The position numbers were made by a program, and so were the translations under genes. A stretch of 22,757 nucleotides of DNA from Candidatus Methylomirabilia bacterium (lineage in GTDB: Bacteria > Methylomirabilota > Methylomirabilia > Rokubacteriales > CSP1-6): assembly GCA_041497895.1 (NCBI GenBank), contig JBGQHJ010000079.1, forward strand, positions 1-22,757. The letters are read 5' to 3'. Under the pieces are notes generated by a model, which was not told the origin of the DNA, did not search any database, and was given only the letters and a program-made list of their open reading frames with translations. Shown in pieces: positions 1-9,220 of the stretch (its first letter is position 1; every line of letters begins with the position of its first letter).

Positions 1-880
1 CCTCGTACTCGGTGTCGAAGCGGTCGAACACGTAGGGTAGCAAGGTCACCCCGGACTCGCCCAGCACGAACTTGAAGTCGGGATACTTCTCGCACGCCCC
101 GGAGGTGATGATCGAGACCAGCACCTCCATGGTGTCGAGCTGGAAGAGCGAGGAGCGCACCAGCCGCCACTGGAGCATGTACTGCTGCTCCATCGCGGGG
201 GTGTCGGGGGCGCGCACCGCCTTGAAGCCCGTCGAGTGGAAGGCGATCGGGAAGTGGCACTCGGCGGCCGCCTCCCAGAGCGGGTACCACTCGTGCTGGT
301 AGAGCGGGATGCTCATGGACTTGAAGCCGAGGTCGCCGCCCTTGAGCCCCATCTTGGCGCAGCGCCGCACCTCGGCCGCCGCCACCTGGGGATCGTTGTT
401 CGGCACGATCGCGAGCGGGTAGATGCGGTTGGGATCCGACTTCCGGGCGAAGTCGGCGGCCCAGTCGTTGTAGACGGCGTTGGCCCACGCCCGCCGCTCG
501 CCGCTCGCGATCATGTCGTTGATCATGAGGCAGCCGTACACCACCTCGGCGTCGAGGCCGTCGCGGTCGAGGTCGGCGAGGCGCAGCTCGGGCGTGGTCG
601 GCCGGGGCTTTGCTCCCGCGCGATGGTCCCACTCGAACCCGCAGGAGGCCATCTCGTCGATCCGCGCGAAGGTCCCCGGGGTCCGCTTGAGGAAGCCGGG
701 GCCCACCCCGTTCCACATCCCCTTGTCCTGCGCCTCCACGAACCAGTGGCAGCCGTCTTCCAGCTCCTCGACGCGGGGCACCAGGAGCTTCCACTTCGAG
801 GGCGCCTGACTGGACCAGAGGTCGGGCGGGCAGTAGGTGAGGTCGATGTGGTTGTCGCCGGAGATGAGCCGCTCGAGCAT
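1..880 (-). CDS. Amidohydrolase family protein (Amidohydro_2-like), 3' end outside the window; absent from the ORF track
   Basis: Hand translation from ATG at 880: MLERLISGDNHIDLTYCPPDLW...RLADLDRDGLDAEVVYG...YNDWAADF...WYPLWEAAAECHFPIAFHSTG...FVLGESGVT. The SxDxH, YNDW, PLWEAA-x-FH and E-S-G motifs fit the family. AAGGAGG RBS at 886-892. The frame stays open to the window edge. Confidence 0.9.
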   Translation of the reverse strand, partial: MLERLISGDNHIDLTYCPPDLWSSQAPSKWKLLVPRVEELEDGCHWFVEAQDKGMWNGVGPGFLKRTPGTFARIDEMASCGFEWDHRAGAKPRPTTPELRLADLDRDGLDAEVVYGCLMINDMIASGERRAWANAVYNDWAADFARKSDPNRIYPLAIVPNNDPQVAAAEVRRCAKMGLKGGDLGFKSMSIPLYQHEWYPLWEAAAECHFPIAFHSTGFKAVRAPDTPAMEQQYMLQWRLVRSSLFQLDTMEVLVSIITSGACEKYPDFKFVLGESGVTLLPYVFDRFDTEYE

Positions 881-922
881 GACGCCCTCCTTGGCGGTTC
901 GGGGGAAGCTCCTCGTGGCGCG

Positions 923-952
923 ATCCTACTCCCAGAGCCGAGGGTAGGACAA
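923..952 (-). promoter_or_regulatory. Putative sigma70-type promoter TTGTCC-N18-TAGGAT for the amidohydrolase
   Basis: -35 at 947-952 and -10 at 923-928 on the minus strand, about 40 nt upstream of the start codon. Overlapped by the inverted repeat TCCTAC (924-929) / GTAGGA (944-949). Confidence 0.45.
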
Positions 953-954
953 GT

Positions 955-988
955 CTGCCCGGCGGGGCCGCCGCTGCCTGCCGGGCGG
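955..988. terminator. Imperfect GC-rich hairpin downstream of ppc
   Basis: ctgcccggcggg (955-966) is an imperfect inverted repeat of cctgccgggcgg (977-988), with two non-Watson-Crick positions. There is no clear U-tract. Confidence 0.3.
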
Positions 989-1037
989 GCGACGAAGGGA
1001 GCCGGGGGTGTGGGCCCGGTACGGGTCGGGTGACCGG

Positions 1038-3755
<2,718 letters not shown>

Positions 3756-3845
3756 GAGAGCGCCTCCTCGTGGCTCTACCGCGGCCTGCGGCGCTGCAGG
3801 TGGGGTCAGCCGGCACCCGGAGTGTGCGGGCCCGCCGCGCGGGAG

Positions 3846-4769
3846 TCAAGTCGTGGCGGGCGTGCCCGGGGCCGGCTCCTCGTCGACCGCGACCTGCGCC
3901 GGCCCGCGCGAGGTGAAGCTGGTCACGACCGCGGGCACCCGGAATCCGTCGTCGCGATCGTGCGCGTCGCGCACGGCGGGCCAGTCGACCTCGGGCGCGG
4001 CGGTCAGCGCCGCCACCGCGTCGAGGCGGCGGGCGGTCGCCTCGGGCACCGGGGTGCCCGACCGGAGTCCGAGCGGGAGGCCCCAGACGTCCCAGGCCAG
4101 CATCTCGCGCTTGTTGAGCGCGGCCAGGTCCCGGACCACGCTCGCCGCGACGAAGCCGGCGCCGTGGATGCCGATCCACGGCACGCCGCAGGTCTGCGGG
4201 TCCACCGCGCCCGCGCGCACCCGCCGCCAGGCTAGGCCGGCGACCAGGAACGCGTCGCGCGGGACGTCCGCCGGATCGAAGGTGATGCCGAAATGGGCCC
4301 GCACCCGGTCGGCGAGCTCCGGGTCGAGCAGCCGCCAGCGGCCGTCGGCCGCGTACTCGCAGACCCAGTGGTCCTCGAGATAGCCCGGCGTGAAGTAGGT
4401 GGCGAAGCCGACGCGGAGGCGGGCCGGGACGCGGTGGTGACGGAGCGCGGCGCACGCCAGCAGGGCGTAGTCGCGGCAGATGCCGATGAAGCGCCGCTCG
4501 GGCGGCCGCGGCGCGTCGAGCGGAGCCGGGTCGCGCGCGAGGATCCGGTCGAGGATTCTCGGCACCGTGCGGCTCTCCACGTCGTCGGCGCTGTCGGCCG
4601 GCGGGGTGATGCCGAGCCGGCTCACGAAGAGCGGGTGGAGCACCAGCGCCGAGATCGCGGAGACCAGGCGGCCCGGCTCCGCGGGCAGGGCGTCGAGGAG
4701 TCGCGCCCGGTCGCACGGGTCGGAGACCCGGCTCTGCGTCGCGTAGTACCGTCGCTCGTCTTCCGTCAT
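3846..4769 (-). CDS. Transglutaminase-like domain protein
   Basis: Cys-His-Asp triad contexts GICRDYALL, ARLRVGFATYF..DHWVCEY and WRLLDPE. ATG at 4769 overlaps the upstream stop (ATGA). Confidence 0.85.
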   Translation of the reverse strand: MTEDERRYYATQSRVSDPCDRARLLDALPAEPGRLVSAISALVLHPLFVSRLGITPPADSADDVESRTVPRILDRILARDPAPLDAPRPPERRFIGICRDYALLACAALRHHRVPARLRVGFATYFTPGYLEDHWVCEYAADGRWRLLDPELADRVRAHFGITFDPADVPRDAFLVAGLAWRRVRAGAVDPQTCGVPWIGIHGAGFVAASVVRDLAALNKREMLAWDVWGLPLGLRSGTPVPEATARRLDAVAALTAAPEVDWPAVRDAHDRDDGFRVPAVVTSFTSRGPAQVAVDEEPAPGTPATT

Positions 4770-5659
4770 GGGGCCTCGCTCACCGGCAGGCAGAGATCGG
4801 TGCGACGCTCGCGCTCCGGCACCCGCGGGCCGTCGAGGTAGATCTCGAGGCACGGGGCCGGGCGGAGGGTGGCACCCGAGGTCACCAGCCAGCCGCGCAC
4901 GATCGTGTCGAAGGCACGGCCGATGTGCGCGTACGAGCCCCGGTAGCGGAAGATGGCGTAGCGGCCGCCGGGCAGCGTCCCCGCGGTCAGGCCGGGCGGG
5001 ACCGGCGTGGCCGCGGGCACCGTGATCCCGGCCTCGTAGCGGTGCGTGCGTTCGCGGATCGGGCCGGAGTCGTCGTGGGCGGCGCCGATGTGGACCGCCC
5101 CCGGCACGCGGAGACGTCCCGCAACCCGGTGGAACTCGGCCCAGGCGCCGGGCGCTTCCTCCGGACAGAGGCCGCGGCGCCGCACGCAGAGGAAGCGGCG
5201 CGGCGGGAGGTCCCGGAGATCCGGCTCCGTCGAGAGCTCGAGGCCTCCGGCCGGCGTGGTGTCCGGATCGTCGAGCCGACGGAGCAGGGCCGCCCGCGCC
5301 GCGGCCGGCCGCGCGCGGAAGGCGGTGGGGGTCATGCCGAGCGTCCGCTTGAAGAGCTTGTTGAACGAGGGCGCGGTGTCGTAGCCGACCGCGCTCGCGA
5401 CCCGGGTGACGGTGAGGCCCGGCTCCTCCAGCAGGAGGGTGGCCGCCTGGCGGAGGCGCACCCGCGAGACGTGGCCGAACACGGTCTCGCCGGTCAGGGC
5501 GCGGAAGATCCGCGCGAAGTGGTAGGGCGACGTCGCCGCCGCCGCGGCGATCTGCTCGAGCGTCAGGGACTCCACGGCGTGGTCGCGGATGAAGCGCCGA
5601 GCCTGGCCGATCCGCGCCCAGTGGAGCGTCGGGGTGCTGAGCGTCTTCGCGACGGTCAC
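4766..5659 (-). CDS. AraC-family transcriptional regulator with C-terminal GyrI-like effector domain
   Basis: N-terminal AraC double HTH (LTLEQIAAAAATSPYHFARIF...VASAVGYDTAPSFNKLFKRTLGMTPTAFR). C-terminal GyrI-like region (LPGGRYAIFRYRGSY...LEIYLD...TDLCLPV). Confidence 0.92.
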   Translation of the reverse strand: MTVAKTLSTPTLHWARIGQARRFIRDHAVESLTLEQIAAAAATSPYHFARIFRALTGETVFGHVSRVRLRQAATLLLEEPGLTVTRVASAVGYDTAPSFNKLFKRTLGMTPTAFRARPAAARAALLRRLDDPDTTPAGGLELSTEPDLRDLPPRRFLCVRRRGLCPEEAPGAWAEFHRVAGRLRVPGAVHIGAAHDDSGPIRERTHRYEAGITVPAATPVPPGLTAGTLPGGRYAIFRYRGSYAHIGRAFDTIVRGWLVTSGATLRPAPCLEIYLDGPRVPERERRTDLCLPVSEAP

Positions 5660-5665
5660 GGCGTC

Positions 5666-5671
5666 ATGCTA
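5666..5671 (-). promoter_or_regulatory. -10 element TAGCAT, 6 nt before the GTG start of the AraC gene (probably leaderless)
   Basis: Minus strand reads TAGCAT-gacgcc-GTG, with no Shine-Dalgarno. Confidence 0.55.
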
Positions 5672-5724
5672 GCGCGACCCCGCCGGTGGCGTCTTGTCCG
5701 GGATTGCTCGTCTGGGTCGCCCTA

Positions 5725-5785
5725 TCCCTCACCGTGAAGCCCCCCACCTTGAAGCCCCCTCACCCTGAAGTCCCTCACCCTGAAG
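5725..5785. repeat. Four tandem 15-16 bp repeats, consensus YCCCTCACCCTGAAG
   Basis: tccctcaccgtgaag (5725-5739), ccccccaccttgaag (5740-5754), ccccctcaccctgaag (5755-5770), tccctcaccctgaag (5771-5785). Confidence 0.9.
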
Positions 5786-5821
5786 CCCCCACACCCAGCC
5801 CACTCCCCGAGGGGGAGAGGG
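5786..5821. repeat. REP-like palindromic element (CCCCwCACCC-n-GCCCwCTCCCC-nnn-GGGGAGAGGG)
   Basis: Hairpin cccactcccc/gag/ggggagaggg (5799-5821). A close match lies at 12980-13015. The element sits immediately after the ankyrin stop codon. Confidence 0.75.
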
Positions 5822-5824
5822 AGG

Positions 5825-6514
5825 TCACGAGCGGGTCAGGAGGTTGAGGTAGGTCTTGTTGCGGCGCTTGGCGACCAGGTCGAGCGGGCTCTTGCCATCC
5901 TTGCTCCGCAGGGTCGGGTCCGCGCCGTGGCGTAGCAGCATCTCGACGTGCCGGGGGGCGCTCTCCTTCCTGAGGAGCAGGTGCAGCGCGGTCAGGCCCC
6001 TGGAGCTCTGGAAGTTGACGTTGGCGCCGTGGTGCAGGAGCCGCTCGGCGGCCGCGAAGCGGCTCCACTTGATCGCGCCCAGGAACGGGGTCTCGTCCTC
6101 GGTGACCGGATCCACGCTGGCCCCGTGGCGCACGAGCAGGTCGATCGCCTCCACGTCGTCCTTGAACCCGGCCGCCCACAGGCAGTACTCCGGGGTCGAG
6201 CCCTGCCGCAGGAGGAAGCGGGCGAGCGGGAGGTTGCGCCCCCGCGAGATGGCGTACCAGAGCGGGGTGGCCCGGAACGCGCCCTCGACGAAGGCGGGCG
6301 CGTCGATGTCGATGCCCAGGCCGAGCAGGTGGCGCGCGAGCTTGATCGACCGCTCGCCGGTCCGGGCACTCGCGAGCAGGCTGCACAGGAAGTGGAGCGG
6401 GTTGCGGCGCCGGTCGTCGGTGGCGCGAAGCAGCTCGGGCTGGGCGGCGAGCACGGCCGCGACCGCCTCCAGGTCGAGGCCCTTGAGGGAGCGGAAGAGG
6501 CGCGCCCGGCTCAT
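5825..6514 (-). CDS. Ankyrin repeat protein
   Basis: Repeated TPLH-type units: RNPLHFL, ATPLWYAI, ETPFLGAI, GLTALHLL, GKSPLDL, with LLxxGAxVN/GADP linkers. Confidence 0.92.
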   Translation of the reverse strand: MSRARLFRSLKGLDLEAVAAVLAAQPELLRATDDRRRNPLHFLCSLLASARTGERSIKLARHLLGLGIDIDAPAFVEGAFRATPLWYAISRGRNLPLARFLLRQGSTPEYCLWAAGFKDDVEAIDLLVRHGASVDPVTEDETPFLGAIKWSRFAAAERLLHHGANVNFQSSRGLTALHLLLRKESAPRHVEMLLRHGADPTLRSKDGKSPLDLVAKRRNKTYLNLLTRS

Positions 6515-6526
6515 GGCCGCGTCGGG

Positions 6527-6679
6527 TCAGCCGCCCCGCTTGAAGAACTGCACCGCGCGCTCGTGCCGGAGGGCGGCGGCGCGGGTCCGGAACGTTCCGA
6601 GGTTGCGGCGCCGGCCGGTGCGCGAGTCCTTCTTGCGCGAGTAGAGGCGGTACCGCCCGGAGGGAAGCTTCCTGATCAT
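6527..6679 (-). CDS. 50-aa highly basic small protein, possible AP2/integrase-arm-like nucleic-acid-binding fold; absent from the ORF track
   Basis: MIRKLPSGRYRLYSRKKDSRTGRRRNLGTFRTRAAALRHERAVQFFKRGG. GGAGG RBS at 6685-6689. GC3-rich codons. It fills the gap between two co-oriented genes with 13 nt and 12 nt spacers. Confidence 0.85.
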   Translation of the reverse strand: MIRKLPSGRYRLYSRKKDSRTGRRRNLGTFRTRAAALRHERAVQFFKRGG

Positions 6680-6692
6680 GTGGGCCTCCGGG

Positions 6693-7934
6693 TCAGGGGC
6701 CCTTGTGGAGCGCGCCGTCCTTCATGATCACGCGCAGCGCGGGGCGGTCCTGGAGGATCGCGATGTCGGCGAGGGGATCACCGTCGACCAGCAGGAGATC
6801 GGCGAGGGCGCCCGGCGCCACGACACCCAGCTCGCCGGGCCGCCCCATGATCTCGCCCCCCAGCCGGGTGGCCGCGACCAGGGTCTCCATCGGAGAGAAG
6901 CAGAGGATCTTCACGAAGAGCCAGAGGTCGCGCGCGTAGGTGCCGTGCGGGGTGTAGACGAAGCCGTAGTCGCCGCCCGGCAGCACCCGGATGCCGCGCT
7001 CGCGCATGCGGCCGATGGTCTCGACCGAGGCCGCGAGCTCCCGCTCGAAGCCCCGCGCGCGCTCGGGGGTGACGCCCCACTGGCCGTTGGCCTGGCTCAG
7101 GTTGTAGGTGATGCCGAGGGCCGGCGCGACGAAGACGCGGGCGCGCGCGGCCTCGAGCGCGTCGAGCGCGCGCTCGTCGCAGTAGTTGGCGTGGTAGATG
7201 ATCTCGATGCCGTGGCGCACCGCCATGAGCACCGAGTCGCCGCTGCGGCAGTGGGCGCAGACGCGCAGGCCGCGGGCGCGGGCCACCTCCATCGCGGCGG
7301 CCACCTCGGCCTCCGACATCGGGGTGAGCTCGGAGGACCAGGCCGACGTGCCGAGATCGCCGGAGAGGTTCAGCTTGAGGAGATCCACGCCCTCGCGCGC
7401 GAGCAGGCGGCAGGCGCGGCGGATCGCGTCGGGCCCGTCGGCCACCCAGCAGAAGGTCGGCGTCTCGTGGTAAGGCAGGTGCAGCAGGTTGCTGTCGCCG
7501 AGCCCGCCGGTCACCGTGATCTCGGGGCCGTTGGCGAGCATGCGCGGCCCCGGCAGCCGCCCCGCGTCGATCTCGCGCTTCACCACCACGTCGAGCCGCG
7601 GCTTGGCGGCCGCCGCGGAGAGCGCGCTCGTGTAGCCCGAGTCGAGCATGGTGCGCGCGTTGCGGATGGTGGCGAGCAGGTGCTCCTCGGGCGGCAGGCG
7701 GGTGAGCTCGTAGGAGACGACGTCGGCGAAGCTCAGGTGCGCGTGCGGCTCGATCAAGCCCGGCATCAGGGTCGCGCCGCGTCCGTCGATGACGTGCTCG
7801 CCCGGGCGCGGCGCGAGCGTCGCGTCCGTCGCGACCTCCACGATGCGGGAGCCCTCCACGCGCACCGCGCCCGAGAAGGGCGCGCGACCCGTGCCGTCGA
7901 GGATGCGCGCGTTGGTGATCAGGCAGCCGGTCAT
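6693..7934 (-). CDS. Metal-dependent amidohydrolase (Xaa-Pro dipeptidase/imidazolonepropionase-like subgroup)
   Basis: Starts MTGCLITNARILDG. Contains TLMPGLIEPHAHL (HxH), KLNLSG, CAHC, IYHAN, GGDYG and the C-terminal GALADLLLVDGDPL. Confidence 0.92.
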   Translation of the reverse strand: MTGCLITNARILDGTGRAPFSGAVRVEGSRIVEVATDATLAPRPGEHVIDGRGATLMPGLIEPHAHLSFADVVSYELTRLPPEEHLLATIRNARTMLDSGYTSALSAAAAKPRLDVVVKREIDAGRLPGPRMLANGPEITVTGGLGDSNLLHLPYHETPTFCWVADGPDAIRRACRLLAREGVDLLKLNLSGDLGTSAWSSELTPMSEAEVAAAMEVARARGLRVCAHCRSGDSVLMAVRHGIEIIYHANYCDERALDALEAARARVFVAPALGITYNLSQANGQWGVTPERARGFERELAASVETIGRMRERGIRVLPGGDYGFVYTPHGTYARDLWLFVKILCFSPMETLVAATRLGGEIMGRPGELGVVAPGALADLLLVDGDPLADIAILQDRPALRVIMKDGALHKGP

Positions 7935-7944
7935 GATCGGCGCG

Positions 7945-7953
7945 ATTCTAGCA
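7945..7953 (-). promoter_or_regulatory. Extended -10 (TG-c-TAGAAT), 10 nt before the amidohydrolase ATG
   Basis: Minus strand reads ggTGcTAGAATcgcgccgatcATG, with no SD. Confidence 0.55.
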
Positions 7954-8021
7954 CCGCGGTGGGGCGCCGGCGATGGCATCCCTCTTGCTGACTACCCGTG
8001 TTTCAAGAGGAGGAGAACGCC

Positions 8022-8195
8022 ATGCCGAGCTACACGATGACCTGCACGCACTGTGGCTACGAGATGGTCTTTCGCACCGAGCCGGACGCGAAAACCGAAG
8101 GCGTTCGCCATCTTCGGCAGCAGCCGACTCACGGGGTGAAGGTGACGCCGAGCGAGGACGCCCTGATGCGGGAGGCTGAAAAAGTTACCAGGTAA
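8022..8195 (+). CDS. 57-aa small protein with C-x2-C-x18-H-x6-H putative zinc-binding motif
   Basis: MPSYTMTCTHCGYEMVFRTEPDAKTEGVRHLRQQPTHGVKVTPSEDALMREAEKVTR. Strong RBS GAGGAGGAG at 8007-8015, 6 nt before ATG 8022. Confidence 0.75.
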   Translation: MPSYTMTCTHCGYEMVFRTEPDAKTEGVRHLRQQPTHGVKVTPSEDALMREAEKVTR

Positions 8196-8198
8196 CTT

Positions 8199-8238
8199 CC
8201 GCCCGCGGGCGCGCGACGGGCGGGCTCGCGCTGGGCGG
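8199..8238. terminator. Imperfect GC-rich hairpin between convergent genes
   Basis: ccgccc (8199-8204) pairs with gggcgg (8233-8238), with an inner gcgggc/gctcgc stem. It fills the gap between two stop codons and has no U-tract. Confidence 0.45.
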
Positions 8239-8709
8239 CTAGAGATACTGGCCGGGCTCGCCGCCGGGAGGGGGCGGCAGCCCGCGGCGTCGGCGCATCT
8301 CCTCGATCTCGGCGCGGGCCTGCATGTGCTGCGTCCACAGCGCGGCCTGGATCCCCTGGAAGAGGCCCTCGAGCCAGCCCAGCAGCTGGGCCTGGGCGAG
8401 CCGGACCTCGGACTCGCTGGGCGTGTTCTCGAGCGGTAGGGTGAGCGTCTCGAGCTCATCCTGCAGCTCCTTGGAGACGCCTTCCTTGAGCGCGGTGAGG
8501 GCGCGCTCGTAGACCTCGCGAAGCCGCTTCCGTCCGGCCTCGTCGGGCTTCGACTGGCGCACGTCCTCCAGGAGCTCGCGAATCATGGACGCGATGCGGA
8601 TCAGCTTGGCCGGCTGCTCGACGGTCGGACCCGACGCGGAGCCGGGCAGGATCATCGGCATCGGCTGCTGGTTCTCGGCCGGCGGATCGTCGTCGTTCCT
8701 GGTGGGCAT
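8239..8709 (-). CDS. bpa: Bacterial proteasome activator (Bpa/PafE, DUF2587 family)
   Basis: VEQPAKLIRIASMIRELLEDVR, DEAGRKRLREVY, PSESEVRLAQAQLLGWLEGLFQGIQAAL, and the diagnostic C-terminal GQYL. Confidence 0.95.
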   Translation of the reverse strand: MPTRNDDDPPAENQQPMPMILPGSASGPTVEQPAKLIRIASMIRELLEDVRQSKPDEAGRKRLREVYERALTALKEGVSKELQDELETLTLPLENTPSESEVRLAQAQLLGWLEGLFQGIQAALWTQHMQARAEIEEMRRRRGLPPPPGGEPGQYL

Positions 8710-8715
8710 GAATGG

Positions 8716-8724
8716 ATGCTACCA
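8716..8724 (-). promoter_or_regulatory. Extended -10 (TG-g-TAGCAT), 6 nt before the bpa ATG (probably leaderless)
   Basis: Minus strand reads cgTGgTAGCATccattcATG, with no SD. Confidence 0.6.
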
Positions 8725-8812
8725 CGCCGCGACGCGAGCGGAAGCGGTGCGGCGGGTCCGACGCCGACCGGGACGTGGAGCGCTCGAGCCTCGAGAGTGC
8801 GGGGTCGCGGCT

Positions 8813-9220
8813 CTAGGACTTCTTGCTCGGCCGCTCCGCCACCGGGTAGCCCTTGCTCTTCCACCCCGCGAAGCCGCCGTCCATCTCGACGACGGCCTCG
8901 AGGCCCATCTGCTGGGCGACGTCGGCGGCGAGGGCGGAGCGCCAGGCCCCGTTGCAGTAGAAGACGAACTCCTTGTCGGCCGCGAAGACGTCCTTGTGAT
9001 AGGGGCTGTCCGGGTCGATCCAGAACTCGAGCATGCCGCGGGGGCAGTGGAAGGCCCCCGGGATCATGCCCTCACGCTCGAGCTCGCGCACGTCACGCAG
9101 GTCGACGAAGACCACGCGGTCGCTCCCGAGGCGCTGCTTGGCCTCGTCGAGGCTGATGGTCTTGATGCGGGACTTGGCCTCGTCGACCATCTGGCGGAAT
9201 CCCTTGCGGGGTGTCTTCAT
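8813..9220 (-). CDS. Single-domain rhodanese-like protein
   Basis: MKTPRKGFRQMVDEAK...VFVDLRDVREL..GMIPGAFHCPRGMLEFWIDP...FYCNGAWRSALAA...MDGGFAGWK. ATG at 9220 overlaps the upstream stop (ATGA). Confidence 0.93.
   Translation of the reverse strand: MKTPRKGFRQMVDEAKSRIKTISLDEAKQRLGSDRVVFVDLRDVRELEREGMIPGAFHCPRGMLEFWIDPDSPYHKDVFAADKEFVFYCNGAWRSALAADVAQQMGLEAVVEMDGGFAGWKSKGYPVAERPSKKS

Noticed and set aside
5725..5821. Possible mini CRISPR array
   Set aside because: The units are 15-16 bp and directly adjacent, with no unique spacers and no cas genes nearby.
8726..8810. Possible structured ncRNA or riboswitch upstream of bpa (gccgcgac...gtcgcggc pairing)
   Set aside because: An 8-bp GC pairing is unremarkable at this GC content, I recognise no family motif, and it lies upstream of the inferred leaderless bpa start.
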